Under the pieces are notes generated by a model. That model ran no database searches and was not told the origin of the DNA. It saw only the letters and a program-made list of their open reading frames with translations. This document shows, piece by piece, positions 39,117-48,603 of a stretch of 55,484 bases of DNA. The DNA is from a virus (taxonomy: Duplodnaviria; Caudoviricetes), in IMG/VR virus record IMGVR_UViG_3300050331_000110, positions 1 to 55,484 of that record. The stretch is one strand, 5' to 3'. The translations under genes and the position numbers were made by a program. How positions within the stretch are numbered: position 1 is the first letter of the stretch; each line of letters opens with the position of its first letter.

Positions 39117-39361
39117 AGCGATCTCTTTCGTATGACATCAGCACACTCAGATGCTCCGTCTCGAAAACGATCCAACCAAGCCGTGTCGTTGGCAAGTGAA
39201 TCGCATATTTTAACGCACGCCTCGCGCTCTTCCGTAATGGCTGCATCCCATGCCTTACGCGCAAACGTTTCGTATTCAGATCCTAACGGAACATGTCCAG
39301 TTTGGCGCATCTTAGCCAACCAACCTTCAAATCGCGCCGTCTTCGGATCATCGCTTCCCAT
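39113..39361 (-). CDS. Hypothetical protein
   Basis: EEREAC...CADVIR motif common in phage proteins. Confidence 0.5.
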   Translation of the reverse strand: MGSDDPKTARFEGWLAKMRQTGHVPLGSEYETFARKAWDAAITEEREACVKICDSLANDTAWLDRFRDGASECADVIRKRSL

Positions 39362-39705
39362 ATATCCGCCCTCCTAGTTGTTTCACGAACTCCGCATCAG
39401 CCCAGCTCAACCGAACATCGTGCCGCGAGATAATCAAAATCCCCTGCTCCCGCCACGCTGCCGCCTTAATCGCCTCAGCATCCACCGGCAAAGGCTGGAT
39501 TGACCCTAATGAGCTGCGCGGTTTCTGTGGGCGGTGGCCGGTCTTCACTTCTTCACCTTCTGCCGACGCTCGAGCGTCGCATCCTTGCAGGAGTTGCAGC
39601 ACCGAACCCAGCTCTTCCCATCGTCGGTAAGCATCTTGGTTATTTCAGATCGGTGAACGAAATGGCTTCCTCGCTGGCAATAGCTAACGTCTTTTACGTC
39701 ATTTT

Positions 39706-39996
39706 TCATCGCTCCAACCCTTTCACCAATGCAATAGCATCGCTTATGCTTTCAACCACGAACAGGCTTCCTTGCCAGTCTCCGTGAAACTTCTCTTCGT
39801 CCTTAGTTAAAGCCCTAGCACTTGGCGGCTTTGTTCCGTCCTTGATTTCGACCAATACTGTCTTGCGGTTCTTCCCTACCGCTATATCAGGGCATCCTCC
39901 GCCTACCGTATGCAAAGGCAGCACAGAACAGCCGAGCTTGCGGAATGCTTCAACAATCTCTCCATGATTACGGTCAACTTTTGCTGCCCTTCTCAT
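39706..39996 (-). CDS. PD-(D/E)XK nuclease (VRR-NUC/resolvase-like)
   Basis: GCPDIAVG...LVEIK motif. Confidence 0.75.
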   Translation of the reverse strand: MRRAAKVDRNHGEIVEAFRKLGCSVLPLHTVGGGCPDIAVGKNRKTVLVEIKDGTKPPSARALTKDEEKFHGDWQGSLFVVESISDAIALVKGLER

Positions 39997-40192
39997 TCCA
40001 ACCTCGCTATTCCACGATCATCAAACACAACGCACCGAACCGTCCTTGCGCGCACCATGTCCATTGCTGCCAGCTTCCAGTCCGCACACTCGCGCCGATC
40101 CAGCAACCCATGAACCTCGCCTGTCTTGCCGCATAGCCCCTTGCCTTTGGGCTGCTGGAATGTGTTGGTGTGTAGGCAGGACAGGCATTGGC

Positions 40193-40555
40193 TCACAGAT
40201 GTGTCTGTTCGTCATCGATTGCCAGCTTGTTGCGCAGCGCGTATCCCATCAGCGGCCAGATTTTCTGCACCGCATTCTGGCGCGCGATCTTGCGTCCCAG
40301 CTCGGCGTCGAAGTTCTCCGGGCTGGCGCAGGCGCTTTCGCCGGTCACGGTAAACCCGTTCTTCAACACCAATACACAGAACGTCAGCAGACGTTCCGGC
40401 GCACGGTCATCAGCAATTCCGGTTGCACCACGAATACCGTCATTTGCGGTAAAGAAGTGTTCGCGGTCGATGTTCGACTCGATGTCTGCCGGCGTAATGC
40501 GCGGCGCGGTCAGCCCTTTGGCCTGGATTTCTTTCTCTATTGCTGCGTCAGTCAT
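40193..40555 (-). CDS. N4 Gp49/Sf6 gp66 family protein
   Basis: LTFCVLVLKNGFTVTGESACASPENFDAELGRKIA signature; AAGGAG RBS. Confidence 0.85.
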   Translation of the reverse strand: MTDAAIEKEIQAKGLTAPRITPADIESNIDREHFFTANDGIRGATGIADDRAPERLLTFCVLVLKNGFTVTGESACASPENFDAELGRKIARQNAVQKIWPLMGYALRNKLAIDDEQTHL

Positions 40556-40572
40556 GCTTTTCTCCTTGGTTA

Positions 40573-40887
40573 TCACTTCAAAACTACCAGCCCGACATCG
40601 AGCCAATACTGCTGCGTTCGTGCCATCCCCTCCATGTGCGCCAACTTGACGTAATCCGCATTGCACAGCATGGTGCGGCGGTCTATCTCGTCGTGGCAGG
40701 ATGAGCAGGCAAACGCGCCCATCAGGTCGGAATGCTTCGTTCCTGCGCCGCCGCCGTTCAGGTGTGCCAGTACGGTCGTGCTGTTGTCGTGGTTGCATAT
40801 TCCCGGCAACCTAACAAGGCAAGGCTGGCCGCGTGCGCTGTCTCGGAGGTGTTTGCTTTCGTGGCGGCGTTGTTTTTGCAGGTTCAT
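40573..40887 (-). CDS. DUF1364/YbcO-like nuclease-fold protein
   Basis: SARGQPC..R.PGICN...TTVLAH...ACSSCHD. Confidence 0.8.
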   Translation of the reverse strand: MNLQKQRRHESKHLRDSARGQPCLVRLPGICNHDNSTTVLAHLNGGGAGTKHSDLMGAFACSSCHDEIDRRTMLCNADYVKLAHMEGMARTQQYWLDVGLVVLK

Positions 40888-40999
40888 GCCAGACCTCTCT
40901 TGAAAGTAAAATTCCTCACCGCTCCGCAGCGCCGACATTTCAAAACCACTTTTCTGTAATTCCCGTCAATCTGCTGGAACTGGTGTCTGCATGGATCAC

Positions 41000-41434
41000 T
41001 CATGCTTCCTCCGGAAACTGCAAATAAACTCCACGCTGCTCAAAGTCGGCCTGCATCGTTTCCAGATACTTCGATAGTTGCGGCTTGGTCATAATCGAAG
41101 TCACCGGCCAGCACTTCATCGCTTCCAGCTTGCTTTCATACGGAAGCGGCTTGATAACCTTGTCGTAGGTTTCGCGGAACTCGGCATCGTCGGCGCGCAG
41201 GATCGGAACGCCGTGATGCAGCTTGCAGTAGCATTTCCATCCAAGCGCATCATCCTCGCGCAACTCTCGCGCAAGTTGCTCGTACCACGCATGACTGATG
41301 GAATTCTGGTCAAGGCTGCGCGCCTTGCCGACCTTCGCGCTTACCTTCAGGTACTTGTTCTGACGGTATGCCTCGCGGATGTCGCCAATGAACGACTGTA
41401 AAGACATTTCACTGTTCACAGTCCAGGAACTCAT
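41000..41434 (-). CDS. NinB-like protein
   Basis: RSLDQN..HAW and TS.MTK.QLS.YL motifs. Confidence 0.65.
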   Translation of the reverse strand: MSSWTVNSEMSLQSFIGDIREAYRQNKYLKVSAKVGKARSLDQNSISHAWYEQLARELREDDALGWKCYCKLHHGVPILRADDAEFRETYDKVIKPLPYESKLEAMKCWPVTSIMTKPQLSKYLETMQADFEQRGVYLQFPEEA

Positions 41435-42798
41435 GCGAATAGCCTCTGCTGCGCGCTCTCTTGCTCTACCATCTTCACAGCATGAGTGATGCGCGCCACA
41501 GCCACAGGGAAATAATCCAGCGGTTTACCATCCTTGTCCTCGTCCAATTCGGTACCGATGTAATTAAACCCTTCGAGAATCGCCGCCTTGCCTCCGCTCC
41601 CACTACCCATGAACAGATCCAGTCCGGTACCGCCCGGTGGTGTAACAAGCCGCCACAGGTAGCGCATCAATTCTGTTGGTTTGACAGTGGGGTGATGGTT
41701 GCTGTTGCTGTTGCTGTTGCTGTTGCGTTGGTATGCGTTGTCGATTGGCGTGTCACGTCCATCGTGACTGTATTGGCGCGGCGCAAGATGTTCGCAACCT
41801 TCGCTGCGGTCTTGCTTGGTGGTTTTGGCGCAGTAGAAGAAACGTGCAGCACTTTTTTCAGTTTCAATGCGCGCACGGTGGTCAAGTGCTGGGCGCATAC
41901 CGCCGAATATTCCATTCGGTGACTGCCTGCATTTCCCATGGTTTACCAAATCTCCTTGCTGTCCGTTTGCATCAGGAAACACATCCAGCACTTCGTCGCT
42001 TCCATCATGGATTAGATTGGCCGGCCAACGTCCAAGAATATTCGGCGCAGAACGCTCTACGGTTTCGCCTTCTTGCCCCGGCACAACCGTGAGCTTCTTT
42101 GCCGCTCCTCCCCATTCAGGAGTTCCAATCTGTGGTGCTTTCCCATCCGGCCATTCAACTCGGCATCCGTCGATATTTAGCGCGCCTGTACCAAACCGCA
42201 GCACGTTGTCAGCCACGGTACCGATCAGCGGCTTTCTGGCGACGACAATAGGCTCGTGCGCCGGCTTGAGTGCAGTACCAAAGCCTTGCCATTGTTTCGC
42301 CGCATCAGTCGTTGGTTCGGTGACCTCTTTCCATTTCAATTCCTCAATCGGTTCGCTTCCAACAAGCTCGCTTCCTCCTCGAGCAGCGCGGCATCCACCC
42401 CGCACCATTTCCCCGGTACCAGAACGCTCTGCGCCAGCCATCTTGTCCAGCGCCTTGCTCACATCCATAGACTTCGGAAACCCAGACCCATACACCCACA
42501 TGATTTGATCGCGGATCTCGAACCCCGCATCCTCGATGGCGCAGGTCATGCGGTGATAGGTGCGGCTGCCAGAGAAGGCCAATAAATGTCCGCCAGGTTT
42601 CAATACTCGCAGCGCCTCGCGCCACATATCCACGTTGTATGCAATTCCAGTACTATCCCAGCTTTTCCCCATGAATCCCAACTCATACGGAGGATCAGTT
42701 ACGATTGAATCTACACTGCAGTCAGGCATGGAGCGCATAACTTCCACGCAGTTTGCGCGGTATAAAGTTGCATTTCCAATAATCACCTTGTCGCTCAT
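41431..42798 (-). CDS. Orphan DNA N6A/N4C methyltransferase (beta class)
   Basis: DPPY precedes HPTVKP and DLFMGSGS; true start probably MSDKVII. Confidence 0.88.
   Translation of the reverse strand: MSDKVIIGNATLYRANCVEVMRSMPDCSVDSIVTDPPYELGFMGKSWDSTGIAYNVDMWREALRVLKPGGHLLAFSGSRTYHRMTCAIEDAGFEIRDQIMWVYGSGFPKSMDVSKALDKMAGAERSGTGEMVRGGCRAARGGSELVGSEPIEELKWKEVTEPTTDAAKQWQGFGTALKPAHEPIVVARKPLIGTVADNVLRFGTGALNIDGCRVEWPDGKAPQIGTPEWGGAAKKLTVVPGQEGETVERSAPNILGRWPANLIHDGSDEVLDVFPDANGQQGDLVNHGKCRQSPNGIFGGMRPALDHRARIETEKSAARFFYCAKTTKQDRSEGCEHLAPRQYSHDGRDTPIDNAYQRNSNSNSNSNHHPTVKPTELMRYLWRLVTPPGGTGLDLFMGSGSGGKAAILEGFNYIGTELDEDKDGKPLDYFPVAVARITHAVKMVEQESAQQRLFA
41698..41726. repeat. Hexamer tandem repeat (GTTGCT)x4.8 inside the methyltransferase
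   Basis: Seen directly; encodes NSNSNSNSN. Confidence 0.9.
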
Positions 42799-43112
42799 GC
42801 CGCCTTCCTCTCCCGCAACTCGAACAGCCCGGCCTTGTCCTCGTTCAACAGCAGATACAGCCGCGCCATGTCCGGCGTCCTGTGATCGTTGAGCTTCCAT
42901 TCGCCGGCAGTCTCGCGCACCGCCGAACGATGGCGCATGACCTCCACAATCGTCCTCGCCGAATACCGGCGCCATCCGTGTGACCAAACAGAGTTTGCCG
43001 AGCGCGCGAAATACTCGAATACATGCCAGTTTTCCACCAGCCAGTCTGAGAAGTCGGCGCGGAATTTCCCGGGATGCAGAGATACCAGGGCAACGGCTTG
43101 GGTGATGTTCAT
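42795..43112 (-). CDS. Conserved phage hypothetical protein
   Basis: RYSARTIVEVMRH...KLND...ARLY...LFELR; start MNITQ. Confidence 0.6.
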   Translation of the reverse strand: MNITQAVALVSLHPGKFRADFSDWLVENWHVFEYFARSANSVWSHGWRRYSARTIVEVMRHRSAVRETAGEWKLNDHRTPDMARLYLLLNEDKAGLFELRERKAA

Positions 43113-43756
43113 GCCTCGACTCCTTCCACGATCCGCGACTTGCCGATGATTTCGTGCAGCTTGGCGATATTTGCGGCGGCCTGCTCCGCATCTACGCTCT
43201 GCCTTCCAGGTGCCGGCAACGACTCGCGCCTGATCGGAACTTCGTTTGGCAGCTCGCCGCTGCGGATGCGCTTCTCGGCAAAGTCCAGCGCAGCCGCCCA
43301 GCGCTTGCTGATCGCCTGATACGGGAAGTTGCGCAAGTCCTGCCCGATGGAGGCTGCCGCCCAATACACTACCGGGCTGCTCCAGCGGTCTTTCCCGGCA
43401 TCGCGCAGGCGCATCTGCTCGGTTGCCTCGATGAAGGCGCGCTCCGGGTCGATGGCCGGGCGGCAGGCTTTCAGGAATTCCGGCAGCGAGGGCGGCCAGT
43501 CGTACAGCTTTCGGCAAGTGACGATACCGGCCTTCACCTCGTCCAGCGTCAGCCCTTCCTCGTCGAACGCTTCCGCCCACGCCTCGCGCCAGTTCTGGAT
43601 CGCCTGCGCATTGGCGAACGCGCTGCGCCACTTGTGCGGGTAGCTGCCGTCCAGCCGATTGAACAGCCGATCCATCATCGTCAGCGGCTTGGCGCTGTCG
43701 GCGAATTGGCGCGGCGTCAGCCAGGCCGAGCTATGCGTGTTCGATAACGCGCCCAT
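43109..43756 (-). CDS. Replication protein P-like helicase loader
   Basis: WPPSLPEFLKAC motif; follows the initiator gene. Confidence 0.7.
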   Translation of the reverse strand: MGALSNTHSSAWLTPRQFADSAKPLTMMDRLFNRLDGSYPHKWRSAFANAQAIQNWREAWAEAFDEEGLTLDEVKAGIVTCRKLYDWPPSLPEFLKACRPAIDPERAFIEATEQMRLRDAGKDRWSSPVVYWAAASIGQDLRNFPYQAISKRWAAALDFAEKRIRSGELPNEVPIRRESLPAPGRQSVDAEQAAANIAKLHEIIGKSRIVEGVEA

Positions 43757-44480
43757 GATCCCCCCCGTTGGTTGCTTGCTGATCCCCGTTTACGTACGCC
43801 ACAGGGTCGAACTTGGCCGGCTTTGCGGTTGACGGCTGGCGCGCCGGCGGTTCAGCGTCGGCGCGCAGCCTGCGGTGTTTGGCAGACTGCATCAGCGACT
43901 TATCCCATTCGGCCTGCGTGCGCCGGGTGTCAGGCTGCGTCAGCCAGTAGGCGACGAACTCAGGCCTGTCGCTGTCGATCAGTGGTGCGCCGGATTGCCT
44001 GGCCATATCGGCAACATGATCCGAAGGAATCCAGTCGGCGTGCATCGCAAACTGCGCGCCTAGTTGACTGGCAGGTTTTATATCTTCTCTTCTCTTCTCT
44101 TCTCTGGTCCGCTTTTTGTCCGTATTTGGTGCGGACATTTTGCGCGCCTCTCTTTTACGCTGCGTTTCCTGCGCGCGACGCTTGGCGCATTGGCCGTTAT
44201 GCTCGTCAAACTCAGGCATGGAAAGGCTTTCGCCGTTATTTATCAGCCATCCAATAGCGATCATTGCAGCCGAAAATCCATTCCACCCAAGATATTCATC
44301 CATAACTTCCGGACTATATCCGTCCAGCTGTCCGTCATCGGTGTGCGCATCAAACAGACACCAGACCGCGTGCAATCCGCCGATTACGCGCAGCTTGTCC
44401 GCCTTCAATGCGGACATCATGCGGACAACCTTTGGATGGGTGTGCAGGTCGGCGCGCATCTTGATCCAGTCGCCGGCCAT
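43731..44480 (-). CDS. Replication initiator with C-terminal DnaT-like domain
   Basis: MAGDWIKMR..L..HPKV start; FAMHADW.P..EF.AYW..QAEW. Confidence 0.78.
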   Translation of the reverse strand: MAGDWIKMRADLHTHPKVVRMMSALKADKLRVIGGLHAVWCLFDAHTDDGQLDGYSPEVMDEYLGWNGFSAAMIAIGWLINNGESLSMPEFDEHNGQCAKRRAQETQRKREARKMSAPNTDKKRTREEKRREDIKPASQLGAQFAMHADWIPSDHVADMARQSGAPLIDSDRPEFVAYWLTQPDTRRTQAEWDKSLMQSAKHRRLRADAEPPARQPSTAKPAKFDPVAYVNGDQQATNGGDHGRVIEHA

Positions 44481-44740
44481 TATTCGTGTCCTATTCCAGC
44501 CACGCGCGCTAGGCGCTCTTGGTATATCTTGGCCACCATGTCCAGACCAAGCACCTTCACCATGACCATTTCGCGCAGGAGTTCCGATTCCGTCATCCCC
44601 ATTTCGTTGGCGATGCGCTGGAACCCCTCCTTGATCTCGTACGGGATGCGTGCCTTGACCTCTTCGGTACACTTGCCGAATGGATTTGACGTGACCGATC
44701 TAGATTCCAGCGGCACGCCATTATTTAAGTCGTCATCCAT
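44480..44740 (-). CDS. Small DNA-binding regulator (CII position)
   Basis: RHH-like 86 aa between cro and the replication gene. Confidence 0.5.
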   Translation of the reverse strand: MDDDLNNGVPLESRSVTSNPFGKCTEEVKARIPYEIKEGFQRIANEMGMTESELLREMVMVKVLGLDMVAKIYQERLARVAGIGHE

Positions 44741-45028
44741 TTACCCTCCCATCAAAAAGAAAACCACCCTCGGCTCTTCGCATTTTTTCAACCCGGTTAA
44801 GGGCGCCATGGATGGTTTTGTTTTTCATTCCCTACAGTCTTTCCCCTCATCAAATACAGTGCTTGCCGTATCGAGCCATTTACAGCAACGCGCTAATGTT
44901 CAAACTGCGGGAACTGCACACCCCAAAAATCGGAGCGACGTAATAAAAAAGCCAGCGCGTAAATGCGCTGGCGAAGGCCGACCAGTGAAACTGAGAGGTA
45001 AAAGGCTGGTCAGCAAGGAAGTCATGGT

Positions 45029-45232
45029 TTAGGCGGATTTCCTGTTGGATCGCCGCATTACGCGCCTGTGCAACATCGAAATGGCACGCACGTTATCGAA
45101 GCGAGGGTTAGCATGGTTTCCACCAAGTATCCGCGACACAGTTCCTTGAGGGATTCCGGTCTCATCTGAAATGGCAGCCTGCGTAAATCCAAGCTCTTGC
45201 AAATCCGAAAGCATGTCTTTGGGGGATTTCAT
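45029..45232 (-). CDS. cro: Cro-like HTH repressor
   Basis: TQAAISDETGIPQGTVSRI HTH; divergent from cI. Confidence 0.8.
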   Translation of the reverse strand: MKSPKDMLSDLQELGFTQAAISDETGIPQGTVSRILGGNHANPRFDNVRAISMLHRRVMRRSNRKSA

Positions 45233-45239
45233 GCCAGCA

Positions 45240-45299
45240 ATGATACGAGTTCGTATAGGCGATGTCAATACGCAATCGTTAATTTCGCAAACGTATAAT
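45240..45299. promoter_or_regulatory. Immunity switch: PR, PRM and three operator-like sites
   Basis: Minus strand TTGACA(45268)-17-TATCAT; plus strand TATAAT 45294-45299; ATACG-N4-CGTAT at 45243 with variants at 45268 and 45283. Confidence 0.8.
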
Positions 45300-45305
45300 C
45301 AAAAC

Positions 45306-45737
45306 ATGGATTTCAAACAATGGCTGGCAAGTGAGATTGAGGCGCGTGGGATTTCCCAGGCCGAACTTGCGCGCTTATCGAAAGTGCCACAGCCAACCAT
45401 TCAAAGAATCTTGAGCGGAGAAACTGGCGATCCTAGAGGTTCTACGATTGATAAGTTAAGGCACGCTCTTGGAGCGTCTAATGGGGGGGCGACAAAGCTG
45501 ATAAGCAATATAAGCAAAATAGCACCACTAGACCCTGTAATAGCAGACCTGTCCACTCTTGAGCCTGAGCAGGCTGATATGTGGCGGGATCGTTTAATAG
45601 AAGCTGAGGCGCGAATCAAGCGCATAAAATCAGAAATAAGAGCCGCCGCAAAACAGGCGCGCCAGCAACAGGAGGCAGGAAAAGCAGGTATTGCTGATCC
45701 ACCTCCGTTATACGAAGAGCGGCGCATCCAGAATTGA
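45306..45737 (+). CDS. CI-like repressor (XRE HTH, no S24 peptidase)
   Basis: SQAELARLSKVPQPTIQRI HTH; coiled-coil C-terminus. Confidence 0.82.
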   Translation: MDFKQWLASEIEARGISQAELARLSKVPQPTIQRILSGETGDPRGSTIDKLRHALGASNGGATKLISNISKIAPLDPVIADLSTLEPEQADMWRDRLIEAEARIKRIKSEIRAAAKQARQQQEAGKAGIADPPPLYEERRIQN

Positions 45738-45908
45738 AACTCGTTGCCCGAGACGGGGTGCGCCTATGCTTGAATGCTGGCAACGATGCCACGCAGCTTC
45801 ACCTACCGCTATATGATGTTAGGTAGAACGATGCAGGATGATACCGAGAGCGCGAACGCGCCATTTAACCAGGAGGATTTTTTCAACTTAACCAAAGGAC
45901 AAACCACC

Positions 45909-46202
45909 ATGAAACGCATTATCTTGATCGCAGCACTTGCCGCATTCAGCACTGCAGCGATGGCTGATAAGTACGTCAAGGGCTACACCCGCAGCGATGG
46001 GTCGTATGTGGCTCCGCATTACCGATCTGACGCTAATTCCAACCGCTACGACAACTACAGCAGCAGCGGAAATAGCAACCCGTACACCGGCCAGCGCGGA
46101 AGCCAGCGCAACGAGTACAGCACCACGCCGCAATATAACGACAGCTTCAATAATGGATACGGCAAGACGCTGAACCGCATTTACGGCAACGACAACGACT
46201 AA
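45909..46202 (+). CDS. Secreted moron protein (VKGYTRSDG..V.PHYR family)
   Basis: Signal peptide ending AMA, AAGGA RBS, followed by a terminator. Confidence 0.75.
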   Translation: MKRIILIAALAAFSTAAMADKYVKGYTRSDGSYVAPHYRSDANSNRYDNYSSSGNSNPYTGQRGSQRNEYSTTPQYNDSFNNGYGKTLNRIYGNDND

Positions 46203-46220
46203 AGTCGCCCACCCCATCAA

Positions 46221-46243
46221 GCCGCCTTCGGGCGGTTTTTTTT
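46221..46243 (+). terminator. Intrinsic terminator
   Basis: GCCGCC-TTCG-GGCGGT plus T run. Confidence 0.8.
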
Positions 46244-46282
46244 CGCCAAAAAAACACCCCATAGTAAAAAATGCAAATAAAT

Positions 46283-46324
46283 ATGCATTCTCGTATTGAC
46301 TTATGCAATACGTTTGCGTATAGT
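46283..46324 (+). promoter_or_regulatory. PL-like early promoter with operator
   Basis: TTGACT(46296)-17-TATAGT(46319); ATACGTTTGCGTAT at 46308-46321. Confidence 0.82.
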
Positions 46325-46754
46325 TCACTCAATCCCGCAGTTCACCGCTGGATACCAGCAACAAGCGACCGCTAGACGAGTGTGAGCCGAAGCGAATGGT
46401 CAGCAACCCAAAGACTCATGGGGCTTGGTTGAAAGAATGCAGCCGGGAGGCTACCAAACGAGTAAACGCGCTGGAACGTAGTAGCAGCAACAGTCGGCAG
46501 CATGGAAGCGTGTGGATCAATAGCTCCGTGAGCATGAAGAAGCGAGCCGTCGGCAGCCGGATTTCCCCGGATTGCAAGCCGGATGAGGTTCAGATGCTTC
46601 CATACTGCCGATTGTGAAGTGGCAATTACGGAATTGCGCGACCAATCACGCCTCGGCCTGATAAGCGCAAAGCAGCCTGAGAGCTTTACAGGCCGACCGC
46701 TGGTAGTGCGATAGAAACCAGCCCAGCTCTAGGTCGAGCATGGACAACTAAACG

Positions 46755-47048
46755 ATGGAGGCAGTCATGATCGCTAAACATACACCTGGGCGCTGGGGCG
46801 AGTTGAATGGGGAAATTCTAGCCGGAGATGATGATGTATTTATTTGTGATGCGTCGGAAGGTAAAACGGCAACAGGATTGCTACCGATTGACGAACGCAC
46901 CGCCAACGCTCGATTGATTGCAGCCGCTCCTGAACTGCTGGCGGCGCTTGAGGCGATGTTCGACAAGTACGGCAACAAGAATCCGAAATTAGATTGCGAA
47001 GTATTGGCTAACGCCAGAGCCGCAATCGCAAAAGCAACTAACCAGTAA
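46755..47048 (+). CDS. Conserved phage early protein
   Basis: KHTPG.W and ANARLIAAAPELL motifs. Confidence 0.7.
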   Translation: MEAVMIAKHTPGRWGELNGEILAGDDDVFICDASEGKTATGLLPIDERTANARLIAAAPELLAALEAMFDKYGNKNPKLDCEVLANARAAIAKATNQ

Positions 47049-47059
47049 CGGAGGCAATT

Positions 47060-47416
47060 ATGCACGCCCACTTACTACGCGCAGAGAGCAACGCATTCAA
47101 CGCAGAACTCAACGCCTATTTCCGCAAGGAACAGCAAGCAGATGCGCGTGATGAGGCTGTAAATGATGCACTGAAATACAGGATGAACGAAGCCCTGACC
47201 GATGAGGCGATATTTGAAACGCTCGACCAAGGCTATGAGGTTGTATCGGCCTACAAGTCGCAAGTAATGAGCGCCCTGCTCCACCTGGACGATGCGCGCA
47301 AAGGCAAGCCGGAGGCGATGACTGCGGTACTGGATGCTCTGAAACAAATGAAAGACAACATCGAGCGAGTCCTGCGCGATGAAGCCGAAGCGGAATATGA
47401 CGGGAGGATGGAATGA
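47060..47416 (+). CDS. Hypothetical protein
   Basis: GGAGG RBS; in the early operon. Confidence 0.55.
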   Translation: MHAHLLRAESNAFNAELNAYFRKEQQADARDEAVNDALKYRMNEALTDEAIFETLDQGYEVVSAYKSQVMSALLHLDDARKGKPEAMTAVLDALKQMKDNIERVLRDEAEAEYDGRME

Positions 47417-47647
47417 GCAGCCAAGAGCAGATGATGAGCGCCGTTGATTCCGCGATGGATCGGATATTCGGACGCAAGCAGCAGACGCGAGAAGAGATAC
47501 AGGAGCAGCTTGAGCGAGCGGAGGATGAGTTCATCGCGCGCAAGGAAGCGGAGGCCGAATAATGCACCCGCTGACCAAATTCCTATGCCTTGTGCTGCTT
47601 CTGGATGCGTCCTTTTTGACTGTGCTTTCCTTGTATTCGGGGATCCT

Positions 47648-47950
47648 ATGACTCTCACCTACCAACACATAGCAGTAAAACAGAACCGCCGGGCTGCTGT
47701 CGAACTTGAGCAGCAGTGCATGGACTTGCTGTCGAAACAAGCTGCACCGTTCTTCGTGATCGTGATGCTGGCAGCAGCAGCTACGGTTCTTTGGTACATC
47801 ACGGCAGACTACCGCATCAACGCTGCCGAGAAGCAGCGCGAGAACGAAATCATCAGCGCGAAGCTGGCAGCGTGTGCTAACGGTCATGCGGTAAAGCTGG
47901 GCGATGCTTGGCTGACATGCAAGGTTAAACGCTACGAGGTGAAGAAATGA
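47648..47950 (+). CDS. Hypothetical single-TM protein
   Basis: Hydrophobic segment; start uncertain. Confidence 0.45.
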   Translation: MTLTYQHIAVKQNRRAAVELEQQCMDLLSKQAAPFFVIVMLAAAATVLWYITADYRINAAEKQRENEIISAKLAACANGHAVKLGDAWLTCKVKRYEVKK

Positions 47951-48603
47951 AAGAGGCGCGCGTGGTTGTGGACAGTTGCCGGGAATGTCCTTTTTCAGAA
48001 GAAAGTACTATATCGCCAAGGATTAAACTTTGCTGCCATCAAGATGATAAACAGGTTCGTGCTGATGAAATTGACGAATCATGCCCGTTGGACGATTTCA
48101 GTCTGGAGTTAACTAAATGAGACACATCATCCGCTTCATTCAGGCGCAGATCGACAAACTAGTGCGCGCCTACCAGTTCATCAACGATGTTCTGTACTAC
48201 TGGCAGCGTCACGGTGATTTCAGGCTTGCGGTTGACTTAGCTCATTCGGTTATCAAGAAATGAACGCCTTACACGCCAGAATCGATGCGCACGCCGAGCG
48301 CGCACACGAAGAACTTAGGCAGATGGCGCAGCAGGCCAAGGACGCGATAGCCGTCAAGGTTGGATGGATGGTTCGGAGTAATGGGCAGATCCGGCGCTAC
48401 CGCAATGCGCGAAAGAATGAGCATGCGAGTTAATCCACCACCACAACAGCCTGACTTGGCGAAACGCGCAGCAAGGCAGGCTGGGCTGACAAAGTTCCAA
48501 GGAAGCCCCTGCAAGAACGGCCATAACGGCATCAGATACACCAGCACCGGGCAATGCGTCGATTGCATCCCGTTTTACAGACAGAGAAAAAAGGAGAATT
48601 GAA

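Noticed and set aside
42799-43191. N-terminal extension of the 586-aa methyltransferase ORF
   Set aside because: Overlaps the real upstream genes; the methyltransferase fold starts at MSDKVII (42798)
44083-44130. (TCTTC)n tract and TGTCCG/CGGACA inverted repeat in the initiator gene as an origin
   Set aside because: Plausible position, but no clear iteron array to support the call
46396-46617. 73-aa ORF in the PL leader
   Set aside because: No SD and it overlaps a long RNA stem; more likely non-coding
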